Below are positions 45,167-54,330 of a stretch of 64,000 bases of DNA, in pieces. The translations under genes were made by a program, and so were the position numbers. Below the pieces are notes generated by a model. The model had not been told where the DNA came from. It saw only the letters and a program-made list of their open reading frames with translations, and ran no database searches. The stretch comes from Myxococcota bacterium (lineage in GTDB: Bacteria; Myxococcota_A; UBA9160; UBA6930). Each line of letters begins with the position of its first letter. Positions within the stretch are counted from its first letter, which is position 1. The stretch is from NCBI GenBank assembly GCA_965223415.1, contig OZ245002.1, positions 3,232,001 to 3,296,000 on the forward strand, written 5' to 3'.

Positions 45167-45958
45167 TCAATCCTGGGCGACGAGCCGCCCCTCGCGCTTG
45201 AGCTCACCGGTCACGTGCACCTTCGCCAGCACGTCGTCGAGATAGCCCGGGCCCTCGGCCGTGGGGACGAACCAGCCCGTCGGGCACATGGTCAGGATCT
45301 CGACGAAGGAGAAGCCCTCGCCGCGCATCTGGTGCTCGAAGGCGCGCTTCAGCAAGCGGCGCGTCTGCTGGATGGCCTTGGCGTCGTGCACGGAGCCGCG
45401 GGCGGCGTAGCCGGTGCCGCCGAGGCCGGCGACCAGGTCGGTGACGAGGATGGGATGGCCGTGGTAGCCCGCGTCGCGGCCCTCGAGGGTGTTCTTGGTG
45501 CGCTGGCCCAGCACGGTGGTCGCGGTCATGTGGCCTCCGGTCTCCCCGAAGACCCCGTTGTTCAGCAGCACGCAGGTGACGCCCTCGCCCCGGGCCGCCG
45601 TGTGGAGAACTTCCTGCAAGCCCTCGTTCACCATGTCGCCGTCGCCCTGGAGCGTGAAGAGCAGGCTCTCCGGTCGCATCCGCTTCGCCCCGGTGGCGAC
45701 GGAGGGGGCGCGCCCGTGCAGCGCCTGGATCAGGTCCACGTCGATGAGCGAGGTCAACGCCGTGTAGCAGCCGATGCCTACCACGCCGATCGCCCGCTCG
45801 GCCAGGCCGAGCTCCTCGATGCACTCGAGCAGGAGCCTGAGCGCCACCGGCTCTCCGCAGCCCGGGCACAGGTCGTGGTCCCCGCTCAGCTGGAGGCGCG
45901 GGTGGAAGGGGCCGGTCCGGCGCGCGGGTCGCTCGGGCGGGGCGTCGGTATCGATCAC
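45167..45958 (-). CDS. 2-oxoacid:ferredoxin oxidoreductase beta (TPP-binding) subunit
   Basis: LCPGCG, GIGC, ALHGRAP, QGDGD, NNGVFGETGG, CPTGW. Confidence 0.88.
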   Translation of the reverse strand: MIDTDAPPERPARRTGPFHPRLQLSGDHDLCPGCGEPVALRLLLECIEELGLAERAIGVVGIGCYTALTSLIDVDLIQALHGRAPSVATGAKRMRPESLLFTLQGDGDMVNEGLQEVLHTAARGEGVTCVLLNNGVFGETGGHMTATTVLGQRTKNTLEGRDAGYHGHPILVTDLVAGLGGTGYAARGSVHDAKAIQQTRRLLKRAFEHQMRGEGFSFVEILTMCPTGWFVPTAEGPGYLDDVLAKVHVTGELKREGRLVAQD

Positions 45959-47028
45959 CGGGGTGTCTCCTGCAGGGCGTCCAGGGTCCGGCGGCGGATC
46001 TCGCCCGGATCGAGCAGGGGCCCGATGCCGAAGCCCGCCGCGTCGGTAGAGATGCCGCCGATGGGGACGACGGGCGCACGGCCGAGCACGGCGAGGCGCA
46101 CGTCGTCGATCATCTGTCCCGCGTTCTGCTCGAGGCAAGCGACCCGCGCGACGCCCTCCGCTGCACGAGCCAGGGCCTCGGTCGGGAAGGGCCACAGGGT
46201 GATCGGGCGGAACAAGCCGACCCGCACGCCCTCCGCCCGCAGCTCGCCCACCACGTAGCGAGCGAAGCGCGCCAGGGTGCCGAAGGCGACGATCAGGAGC
46301 TCCGCGTCCTCGATCCACGAGGCCTCCCAGCGCGTCTCCTCCCGCTCGATGCGATCGGCCTTGTCCTGGAGCCGGCCCCAGAAGGCGTCCGGGTCGATGC
46401 CCTTCGCCCCCTTCGTCATGCCGATCGAGTTGACATTGCGCGAGCGTCCGCTCCCGCCGAGCGATCCGTCCACGGCCCAGTCCTTGGGGGGCAGCAGCCC
46501 GAGGTCGACGGGCTCGACCTCGACCGCCTCGCTGGTGTGGGCCAGCAGGTAGTCGCCGTAGACGAGCACCGGATGGCGCCAGCGGTCGGCGAGGTGGAAG
46601 GCGAGCTGGGTGTGCTCCACCGCTTCCGCGGCGTCGATCGGCGCGAGCACCAGGTGCCGGTAGTCGCCGTGTCCCCCGCCGCGGGTGGCCTGGAAGTAGT
46701 CGCCCTGGCCGCGGGCCATGTTGAAGACGACCAGCGGAACCTCGGCGCGGGTGATCTCCGAGAGCGACTCCTGCATCAGGGACAGACCCTGCCCCGTGGA
46801 GCCGGTGGCGGCCCGCGCGCCGGTGGCGGCGGCGCCCCAGGCCATGCCCACCGCCTCGATCTCGCTCTCGGCGTTGACGCACACGCCGCCTTCGGGCGGC
46901 AGCAGCTTCGCCATGCCCTCGAGCAGCTCGGTGAACGGCGTCATCGGGTAGCCGGCGAAGAACCGGCAGCCCGCCGCAACCGCAGCGCGGGCGATGGCCT
47001 CCGAGCCCTCCATGAGCTGGCGGGTCAC
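45955..47028 (-). CDS. 2-oxoacid:ferredoxin oxidoreductase alpha subunit (VorB-like)
   Basis: FAGYPMTP, AESEIEA, SLMQE, DYFQATRGGGHGDY, RPITLWPFP, EQNAGQM. Confidence 0.88.
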   Translation of the reverse strand: MTRQLMEGSEAIARAAVAAGCRFFAGYPMTPFTELLEGMAKLLPPEGGVCVNAESEIEAVGMAWGAAATGARAATGSTGQGLSLMQESLSEITRAEVPLVVFNMARGQGDYFQATRGGGHGDYRHLVLAPIDAAEAVEHTQLAFHLADRWRHPVLVYGDYLLAHTSEAVEVEPVDLGLLPPKDWAVDGSLGGSGRSRNVNSIGMTKGAKGIDPDAFWGRLQDKADRIEREETRWEASWIEDAELLIVAFGTLARFARYVVGELRAEGVRVGLFRPITLWPFPTEALARAAEGVARVACLEQNAGQMIDDVRLAVLGRAPVVPIGGISTDAAGFGIGPLLDPGEIRRRTLDALQETPR

Positions 47029-47270
47029 GGTGCCTCCCCGTGTCGGAGGGGTTCCTCGTAGCGGAAGACCTCGAAGCAGAAGTCCGGGCACACGAGCAGG
47101 CAGGCGCCGCAGCCGGTACAGCCGGGCAGGAGCTCCGGGTAGGGGACGCCCAGGCCGTTGCGCTGCTTCGACATCTGCAGCACCGCGGGCGGACAGGCCG
47201 GGACGCACAGCTCGCAGCCCTTGCAGCGCTCGCGATCGATCACAACGGTGCCTCGCGACACCACGCTCAC
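47025..47270 (-). CDS. 2x[4Fe-4S] ferredoxin (OFOR delta subunit)
   Basis: CKGCELCVPACP and CTGCGACLLVCP. Confidence 0.92.
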   Translation of the reverse strand: MSVVSRGTVVIDRERCKGCELCVPACPPAVLQMSKQRNGLGVPYPELLPGCTGCGACLLVCPDFCFEVFRYEEPLRHGEAP

Positions 47271-47839
47271 GCGGCGGCCTCCTGCCACGCGGCCGGCACG
47301 TCCGCGGGCGCGGCGGCGAAGCCCGCGCGCAGGGCCTCTCGGTTGTTCGGCAGCTGCGGGTGTCGGTAGGGAGGCAGGCACTCGGCGATGGCGTCGCAGA
47401 GCGCGTCGATGCCGACCAGGCCGGTTCCGCCGCAGAAGGCCGCCAGGAGCACCAGCGCCGCCGCCAACGGCACGCCGAGCTCACCTGCGATCTGCGACGC
47501 GGGCACCGGGAGGATGCGAACGCCCTGCGGCACCTCCTCGTCGAAGCGGGCCGGGTCCGTCCAGACGAGGGAGCCGGCCGTGAGCTTCGCGCGCACCGGG
47601 GCCCAGAAGCGGGGGTGCACGACCAGCGCCGACCACACCCGCGAGACGATCGGCGGCGATTGGATCGGTCCGTTCCCCACCACGACCACCGATTCGGTGT
47701 TGCCGCCGCGCATGGTGCCGCCGTAGGTGCCGAGGGAGAGCACGTGACGGCCCTCGAGGGTGGCCGCGCGGGCCAGCAGGCCTGCGGCGAGCTGCACGCC
47801 CTGGCCGCCGATCCCGGCGAGCATCACCTCACGCTCCAC
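47267..47839 (-). CDS. 2-oxoacid:ferredoxin oxidoreductase gamma subunit
   Basis: AGIGGQGV, TYGGTMRGG, NNREALRAGF. Confidence 0.88.
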   Translation of the reverse strand: MEREVMLAGIGGQGVQLAAGLLARAATLEGRHVLSLGTYGGTMRGGNTESVVVVGNGPIQSPPIVSRVWSALVVHPRFWAPVRAKLTAGSLVWTDPARFDEEVPQGVRILPVPASQIAGELGVPLAAALVLLAAFCGGTGLVGIDALCDAIAECLPPYRHPQLPNNREALRAGFAAAPADVPAAWQEAAA

Positions 47840-48491
47840 GGTCGGTGTCTCCGGCGCCGAGGCCCGCCAGGGCGAAGCGCTCCAGGCGTGCGGCACTCCC
47901 GGCGTCCACCGGCCGGGGCTCCAGCAGGCGCGCCTGCATCCAGCCCATCGCCAGGTGGTAGAGGGCCTCGGCGTCGTGGGCCGGGTCCGCGCCCGGGAAG
48001 CGTCCATCGGCCTGGCCTCGGGCGATCGCCGCGCGCAGCGGTTCGGTGAGGCGGCGCTCCGAGAGGGCGACCTCCTCGGGGAAGCGCTCGGCCAGCCGGC
48101 CGCGGGCCAGGGCGAAGGGCCGGGTCGCCGCGGCGGCCTCCGGGTCGAGGGCCTGCTGCAGCATGCCGCGGATCCAGGCGCGCACCGCCTCCACCGGCTC
48201 CGCCGCCTCCGCCATGCGGTGCTCCAGGTAGCTCGCGAGCTGGCTGATGCCGGCGTCGAGCACGGCCACCAGCAGCTCGTGCTTCGAGCGGAAGTGCTTG
48301 TAGAAGGCCTGGTTCGAGAGGCCCGCCCCGTGAACGATCTCGCTCACCCGGGGCTCCAGCTCGCCGGAGCGGCGGATCAACCCGAAGGTCGCGGAGACCA
48401 GGCGCTCGATCTCGTCTGCGACCACCGCCCGGCGCCCCGCGAGCGAGCGCTCGACGGCGCGATCGGCTGCGGAGGGAACATTGATCTGCAT
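47829..48491 (-). CDS. TetR/AcrR family regulator
   Basis: RVSEIVHGAGLSNQAFYKHFRSKHELL. Confidence 0.9.
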   Translation of the reverse strand: MQINVPSAADRAVERSLAGRRAVVADEIERLVSATFGLIRRSGELEPRVSEIVHGAGLSNQAFYKHFRSKHELLVAVLDAGISQLASYLEHRMAEAAEPVEAVRAWIRGMLQQALDPEAAAATRPFALARGRLAERFPEEVALSERRLTEPLRAAIARGQADGRFPGADPAHDAEALYHLAMGWMQARLLEPRPVDAGSAARLERFALAGLGAGDTDRGA

Positions 48492-48517
48492 CGCGAGAAC
48501 GATATTCTGTCCCCGCC

Positions 48518-50065
48518 ATGGCCGCCAGCGCTGCGCCTCCGCCGCTCCCGCCTCTGCCGCTCCTGATCGGCGACGTCTTCCGCCGCAACGCCGCCCTGCT
48601 GCCGAGCCGGGTGGCCGCATCCCTCGGCGAGGCCACCCTCACCCACGGCGAGCTCGACCGGCTCGGAAACCGCATGGCATGGGCGCTGCGGGGGCTCGGC
48701 ATCGGTCACGGCGACCGCATCGTCACCTGGGCGGACACATGCCTCCAGGTGCTGCCGCTCTTCGTCGCCGCGGCGAAGCTGGGCGCGGCCTTTGCGCCGG
48801 TGAACGCGCGGCTCGGCGCCGAGGAAGCCGGGCAGGTCGCCCGGCTGGCGCGGCCCGCGCTGCTGGCGGTCGATGGCGAGCGCGCCGCGGCCGCGGCGGA
48901 CGTGGCGGAGGCGGCCGGCGTGAAGCGGGTGGCCCTGCTCCAGGACGGCGAGGCTCGGGGCGACGTCCTGGACTTCCGCGCCAGCGCGCTCCCGGGTCGA
49001 GACGAGGATCCCCACGAGCCCGCCCTGCGCGAGACCGATCCCCACGTCCTCTTCTTCACGAGCGGCAGCACGGGTCGTCCCAAGGGCGTGGTGCTGAGTC
49101 ACCGAGCCAACGCCCTGCGCACCTTCCAGGGCGTGTTCCGGGACGTACCGGAGCGCTCGGTGTGCATGTTCCCCCTGTTCCACATGGCGGCCTTCACCCT
49201 CGGTCTCTCCGCGTGGCAGACCCGTGGCGAGATCGCCTTCGTGCAGGCCGCGACCGCCGAAGCGATCCTCTCCGCCGTCGAGCGGCGGCGCGCCAACCGG
49301 CTCTACTGCATCCCGCTCGTGTGGAGCCGTATCCTCGAGATCTCCGAGGATCGCTACGACCTCTCGAGCCTTCGCGAGCTCGACACCGGCACCCAGGCGG
49401 TTCCCATCGAGCTGGTGCGCGCCCTGAAGGAGCGCTTCCCCGGCACCGCCACGCGCATCTACTACGGCAGCACCGAGGTGGGCTCGGGCACGACGCTCCC
49501 CGACGCGGACGTGCTGCGCAAGCCGGGGAGCGTGGGCCCGGCCTCGCCCGGCGTCGAGCTCCGGCTCGCGGAGGACGGGGAGATCTGCCTGCGCAGCGCC
49601 TACCTTACCGACGGCTACTTCGACGATCCCGAGGCCACGGCCAAGGCACTCCGAGAGGGCTGGTTCCACAGCGGCGATCTGGGGGTCCTCGACGACGAGG
49701 GCTACCTGACCGTCACCGGTCGGAAGAAGGACGTGATTCGCAGCGGCGGGGAGAGCGTGGCGCCGACCGAGGTGGAGGCGGCGCTGGCGGACCACCCGGG
49801 CATCGCCGACGTGGCCGTGGTCGGCGTTCCGGATCCGGACTGGGGTGAGGTGGTGTGCGCCGTAGTCGTGCCCGCTGAAAGAGAGGCTCCCGATCTCGCC
49901 TCCGTGCAGAACCACTGCGAGACCCGGCTCGCCGGCTTCAAGAAGCCCCGCCGCCTGGCGACGACGGACGCGATTCCGCGAACCGCGGCGACGGCGCAGA
50001 TCCAGCGCCCGCTCCTGATCGAGCAGCTCCAGAGCGGCGCACTCCCTATGGAGCGCGAGCGGTGA
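48518..50065 (+). CDS. Acyl-CoA synthetase (class I adenylate-forming)
   Basis: FTSGSTGRPKG, YYGSTE, WFHSGD, RSGGES; the C-terminal catalytic Lys position appears as Q (TATAQI-like). Confidence 0.85.
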   Translation: MAASAAPPPLPPLPLLIGDVFRRNAALLPSRVAASLGEATLTHGELDRLGNRMAWALRGLGIGHGDRIVTWADTCLQVLPLFVAAAKLGAAFAPVNARLGAEEAGQVARLARPALLAVDGERAAAAADVAEAAGVKRVALLQDGEARGDVLDFRASALPGRDEDPHEPALRETDPHVLFFTSGSTGRPKGVVLSHRANALRTFQGVFRDVPERSVCMFPLFHMAAFTLGLSAWQTRGEIAFVQAATAEAILSAVERRRANRLYCIPLVWSRILEISEDRYDLSSLRELDTGTQAVPIELVRALKERFPGTATRIYYGSTEVGSGTTLPDADVLRKPGSVGPASPGVELRLAEDGEICLRSAYLTDGYFDDPEATAKALREGWFHSGDLGVLDDEGYLTVTGRKKDVIRSGGESVAPTEVEAALADHPGIADVAVVGVPDPDWGEVVCAVVVPAEREAPDLASVQNHCETRLAGFKKPRRLATTDAIPRTAATAQIQRPLLIEQLQSGALPMERER

Positions 50066-51000
50066 GTGGGCCGCGCGTGCTGAGTCACCTGCCCGACGGG
50101 CTGCTGGGCCCGCTTCACGAGCGCTTCTCGGACGTCGCCGTGGAGGTCGTACCGGAGGAGGGCCCGGTTCCGGAGGGCCCGGCCGCCGAGATCCTGCTCA
50201 CCCAGGCCTGGGGCAGCCCCAACCTCGGCGACGTGATGGGCCGTGGGGTGCGCTGGGTGCATGCCTACGGCACCGGCGTGAACGATTTTCCCTTCCACGA
50301 GCTGGGCGACGCCGTTCTCACCTGCTCCCGCGGCGCCAGCGCGGTGCCGATCGCCGAGTGGGTGATGGCCGTGATCCTCGCAGCCGAGAAGCAGCTTCCG
50401 GACGCCTGGATCCACGCGCCGCCGGAGCGCTGGAACACCACGCGCTTCCTCGGGGGGCTGGCCGGCCGCACGCTCGGCCTGATCGGTCTCGGCGGCATCG
50501 GTCTCGCGGTGGCGCGCCGCGCCCTGGTCTTCGGCATGCGCGTGATCGGCCTGCGCCGCCGCGCGGCGAAGAGCCCCCTGGCCGGCGTCGAGCTGGCGCC
50601 GGACCTCGCGACCCTGATGGCGAGCTCGGACCACGTGGTGGTCGCGGCGCCCGCGACGAAGGAGAGCCGTCACCTGATCGGGCGCGAGTCGCTGGCCGCC
50701 GCGAAACCGGGACTCCACCTCGTGAACGTCGCGCGGGGCCAGCTCGTCGATCAGGACGCGCTGCGCGCCGCCCTCGACGACGAGCGCGTTGCTCTCGCTT
50801 CCCTCGACACGGTCGAGCCCGAGCCCCTGCCCGACGGACACTGGATGTATTCCCATCCCAGGGTCCGGCTGAGCCCGCACATCTCCTGGAGCGGGCCGGG
50901 CGCCCTCGAGATGCTGCTCGATCCGTTCCTCGAGAACCTCGCGCGCTACCGCAGCGGCGAGCCGCTGACCGACCTCGTGGACCTCGAGCTGGGCTATTAG
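50062..51000 (+). CDS. D-2-hydroxyacid dehydrogenase family NAD(P)-dependent oxidoreductase
   Basis: GLGGIG, VNVARG, LDTVEPEPLP, SPHIS. Confidence 0.9.
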   Translation: MSGPRVLSHLPDGLLGPLHERFSDVAVEVVPEEGPVPEGPAAEILLTQAWGSPNLGDVMGRGVRWVHAYGTGVNDFPFHELGDAVLTCSRGASAVPIAEWVMAVILAAEKQLPDAWIHAPPERWNTTRFLGGLAGRTLGLIGLGGIGLAVARRALVFGMRVIGLRRRAAKSPLAGVELAPDLATLMASSDHVVVAAPATKESRHLIGRESLAAAKPGLHLVNVARGQLVDQDALRAALDDERVALASLDTVEPEPLPDGHWMYSHPRVRLSPHISWSGPGALEMLLDPFLENLARYRSGEPLTDLVDLELGY

Positions 51001-51003
51001 CTA

Positions 51004-52662
51004 CTTCCCGTCCAAGAACTCGTAAGTCACTGAGAAGAAAAGGAATTGGCGCAAACGCGCCTCCCGATCGAGTTGCGATTGGTGTATGTTAGGTGGTGCC
51101 AACCTACCGAACATACACAGCAATTCGCCAACCGGGGGGTGAAGCGATGCGCCAATTCCGAGAAACTCAGCTCTCACTCACGCCCACATGGGGTCCGCAT
51201 CAACATACCCGAGAGCTGCAGATGATCGCCAGGATCCTCGGGGCGGATCCGCGCTTGGGTGCTGTTGTGCACGGAGATCTGATCGGGGAACGTCGCGCCG
51301 ATACCGGCCGTCGGGGCCTCAGCGGCGATCAGGTCCTTCGAATCGCCCTACTCAAGCAGATCCACGGGCTGAGCTACCGGGAGTTGGAGTTTCACCTCCA
51401 GGACTCGGCCGCCTTCCGCAGCTTCGTAGGACTCGGGCTTGGTGACTGGCCCCGCTTCCAGACCCTTCAGGACAACGTCAAACGGATCCGGCCCGAGACG
51501 TGGGAAGCCATCCACCGTGCGTTGATCGGCCTGGCTCGCCGGGAAGGAATCGAACGAGGCGAGACGATTCGGGCGGATACGACGGTCGTCGAGGCGAACA
51601 TCCACGAGCCCGCCGACTCGGCCCTGCTCTGGGACAGCGTTCGGGTGATGACGCGGATTTTGCGAAGGATGGCGAAGCAACGCCCTTCGCTGCGCAAGAT
51701 GTTCCCGGATCGTCGTCGTTGCGTGAAGCGACGCGCCTACGCGATCAAGTTCCACCGGCGGTCGATCAACCTGGTCGCGAGCTATCGGTGCATGATCCGG
51801 GCCACGGAAGAGGTCTGCCAAGCGGCCCGTAGCGTCGCGGAGAGGGTCGCCCGAGTCGAAGACACGACGCCGCTTCGCGAAGAGCTCCTCGCGGTGCTTC
51901 CCCTCGTCGAGCGCGTCATCGATCAGAGCCGTCGCCGTGTCCTCGAAGGCGAGCGCGTCCCTGCAGCCGAGAAGATCGTGTCGATCTTCGAGCCGCACTC
52001 GGACATCCTCGTGAAGGACAATCGAGGCACCTACTACGGTCACAAGGTCTGTCTGACTGGCGGCAGGTCGTCACTCGTCCTCGACTGTGTCATCGAGGAA
52101 GGAAACCCTACGGACTCGACGCTGGTCGAACGTACGCTCGAGCGCCATGCAGATCTCTTCGGCAAGGCACCCCGCCAAGTGGCGATGGACGGAGGCTTCG
52201 CGTCCATGGACAACGTTGCCAAGGCCAAGGCGCTCGGCGTGGAAGACATGGCCTTCAACAAGAAGAGCGGACTCGAGGTCCACGAGATGGTGCGCAGCGC
52301 CTGGGTCTTCCGGCGCCTTCGTGACTTCCGCTCGGGGATCGAGGGCGTGATCTCGACGCTCAAGCGAGCGTTCCAGATGGACCGATGCACCTGGCGGGGC
52401 CTGGCGTCCTTCAAGGCCTATGTCTGGGCCAGTGTGACGAGCTTCAACCTCGTCGCCTTGGCCCGCCACCTGCTGACTCGCGAGTTCGCCTGAACCCCTG
52501 AGAGTGGTTCGGTCGGTGGACACGTGCGCCCGCGCATCGGAACACGGTCGCTCACTCACCCCGACGGCTCCGGGACTGCTGTGACATCGCTACTCTCAAC
52601 GCCCGCGAAGACCGCCAACGATCCACTAAGAGGCCGACGAACGGCTCTTCTCGGACGGGAAG
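51004..52662 (+). mobile_element. ISNCY-type insertion sequence flanked by TAGCTA direct repeats (boundary ambiguous by up to 6 nt because the target is palindromic)
   Basis: IRs CTTCCCGTCCAAGAA / TTCTCGGACGGGAAG; TAGCTA at 50998-51003 and 52663-52668. Confidence 0.85.
51147..52493 (+). CDS. ISNCY-family DDE transposase
   Basis: RADTTVVEANIHEPADS, EKIVSIFEPHSDI, MDGGFAS, FRSGIEGVISTLKR. Confidence 0.88.
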   Translation: MRQFRETQLSLTPTWGPHQHTRELQMIARILGADPRLGAVVHGDLIGERRADTGRRGLSGDQVLRIALLKQIHGLSYRELEFHLQDSAAFRSFVGLGLGDWPRFQTLQDNVKRIRPETWEAIHRALIGLARREGIERGETIRADTTVVEANIHEPADSALLWDSVRVMTRILRRMAKQRPSLRKMFPDRRRCVKRRAYAIKFHRRSINLVASYRCMIRATEEVCQAARSVAERVARVEDTTPLREELLAVLPLVERVIDQSRRRVLEGERVPAAEKIVSIFEPHSDILVKDNRGTYYGHKVCLTGGRSSLVLDCVIEEGNPTDSTLVERTLERHADLFGKAPRQVAMDGGFASMDNVAKAKALGVEDMAFNKKSGLEVHEMVRSAWVFRRLRDFRSGIEGVISTLKRAFQMDRCTWRGLASFKAYVWASVTSFNLVALARHLLTREFA

Positions 52663-52665
52663 TAG

Positions 52666-53232
52666 CTACGGGGCGCACGCCCGGGCGAAGAGCTCGCAGT
52701 AGAGCGCCGGCTCCTCCGGCGGCGCACGGTCGCCGCGGGCGAGAAAGCCGAGCAGACCGGTCAGGAACACGCTGGCGAGCTCGTCGGCGGGCCGGTCGCT
52801 GCGGATCCGCCCTTGCTCCTGCAGCGCGGCGATCGGTGCCGCAACGCCTTGCACGTGGGGATGCTCGGCGCTGCTCGCCGCCTGCCGGACCGTCGCGCTC
52901 CACACCTCGTCGCGCAGCTCCGGGGCCTCGAGCTCGGCCTCGGCATGAACGGAGGCGATGGCACGGAACAACGCGGCAGCCGAGTCGGGGGGCGGATCCA
53001 ACGCGGTGGCCAACCGCTCCCACACCCGGCCGGCCAGGCGCCGCGCGCACTCGAGCAGCACCGCGTCCTTGTTCTCGAAGTGGGTGTAGAAGCTGCCGTA
53101 GGCCACGCCGGCCGCGCGGGCGATGGCGGCCACCTGGGCGGCCTCCACCCCGCGCTCCCGGAACTCCGCGAGGGCGGCCTGGTAGAGCCGCTCCCTCGTG
53201 GCTCGGCTCCGCTCGGCGCGGGTCGGGGCCAT
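52666..53232 (-). CDS. TetR/AcrR family regulator
   Basis: IARAAGVAYGSFYTHFENKDAVL. Confidence 0.9.
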   Translation of the reverse strand: MAPTRAERSRATRERLYQAALAEFRERGVEAAQVAAIARAAGVAYGSFYTHFENKDAVLLECARRLAGRVWERLATALDPPPDSAAALFRAIASVHAEAELEAPELRDEVWSATVRQAASSAEHPHVQGVAAPIAALQEQGRIRSDRPADELASVFLTGLLGFLARGDRAPPEEPALYCELFARACAP

Positions 53233-53238
53233 GCCGGG

Positions 53239-53273
53239 ACCCTATCCACCTCCCGGTGGGATGACAATCGTCA
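53239..53273 (-). promoter_or_regulatory. Leaderless sigma70 promoter of tetR with an overlapping TGAC-N4-GTCA operator
   Basis: Minus strand TTGTCA-N17-TAGGGT-N6-ATG; palindrome TGACAATCGTCA at 53262-53273 covers the -35 box. Confidence 0.65.
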
Positions 53274-53360
53274 CTGACAGGAATCGGTCGCTGGGATTCT
53301 CGTTCTCGCGGGTCCCCTATGGGAAGATCGCGCTGCTTCTAGGGCACGGGGTGCCGGTCG

Positions 53361-53447
53361 ATGCCCGAATGGCCGTTCGTCGTGTGGTTCCTTTCCATCC
53401 TCGTGGGCGGGGCTCTGTGGCTCATCCTGATGTTCTTCGTCCTCTAG
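53361..53447 (+). CDS. Putative 28-aa single-TM small protein
   Basis: MPEWPFVVWFLSILVGGALWLILMFFVL*; GGGGTG 7 nt upstream; GC3-rich codons; hairpin downstream. Confidence 0.5.
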   Translation: MPEWPFVVWFLSILVGGALWLILMFFVL

Positions 53448-53470
53448 AGATGGCGACGCCATCATCAGCA

Positions 53471-53494
53471 GATCGACCCGGACCTGGGTCGATC
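53471..53494. terminator. Strong hairpin, possible terminator
   Basis: GATCGACCCG-GACC-TGGGTCGATC; no clear U-tract. Confidence 0.4.
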
Positions 53495-53766
53495 CTCCAT
53501 TGTCGCCGGCAACTCGATGGGAGGTGCGCGTCTCCTCGGCTTCTTCTTCTCGCGTGGACCTGAAGCGACGAACGACCGAACTCTCGTTGCCGCCGCGTGG
53601 CGCATCCGCATCCGCGGGCCGGTGATCTTGCCGTGGGTGCTGGTACCCCTGGGTTTCATGCTGTGCCCTAGGTCTCGAGGCGGCCCGGGTGGAGCAGAGG
53701 GCCGCCCCGGGTGAAGCCGGATCGGGCCGGGCGGTGCGCTGACCGATCGGCGATGATGGGGAGCCG

Positions 53767-54330
53767 ATGGACGATCGCACGGATCGCCGTGCCGCGGAGG
53801 AGGCGCGCTGGGCCGCAGCCATGCGCCGTGCCCAGGAGGGCGACGCGGTCGCCTACCGGGGCCTGCTCTCGGAGCTCGACGGTGTCCTCCGGGCGTTCCT
53901 GACGCGCCTGATCGGCGAGCCCAGCCTGGTCGAGGACGGCGTACAGGAGACCCTGATCGCCGTGCACAAGGCCCGCCACACCTGGGACCCGGCGCGCGCC
54001 TTTCGTCCGTGGCTGATGGCGATCGCCCGTCACAAGGCGGTGGATCTGCTGCGGCGGGGCCGCAACCCGGCCGAGGCCGCGGCATCCCAAGCCGAGGAAG
54101 AGCCCGCAGCCGCGGGCGACGAGAATCGGCCCGAGGCCGCGCTCGAGGTGGCGCGTCTGCTGGCCGGGCTTCCGGAAGCCTTTCGGGAGGCCGTCGTGCT
54201 GACCAAGCTGCAGGGTCGAACCGTGGACGACGCCGCCCGCCAGGCCGGCGTCAGTGCCACCGCGATGCGCTCGCGAGTGCACCGGGCGATGCGCCTCCTG
54301 CGCCGGCGGATCGCCGAGGAGCCCCTGTGA
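53767..54330 (+). CDS. ECF sigma factor (SigF/EcfF-like)
   Basis: EDGVQETLIAVHKARHTWDPARAFRPWLMAIARHK; region 4 MRSRVHRA; coupled to a DUF1109 gene. Confidence 0.9.
   Translation: MDDRTDRRAAEEARWAAAMRRAQEGDAVAYRGLLSELDGVLRAFLTRLIGEPSLVEDGVQETLIAVHKARHTWDPARAFRPWLMAIARHKAVDLLRRGRNPAEAAASQAEEEPAAAGDENRPEAALEVARLLAGLPEAFREAVVLTKLQGRTVDDAARQAGVSATAMRSRVHRAMRLLRRRIAEEPL

Noticed and set aside
51021..51052. CGTAAGTCACTG...AGGAATTGGCG as a dif/Xer-like site inside the ISNCY end
   Set aside because: Arm symmetry is too weak to support by eye; would need a profile search.
53517..53714. 65-aa ORF with hydrophobic patches
   Set aside because: No SD or recognisable family; may be a decayed membrane-gene fragment but cannot be supported.
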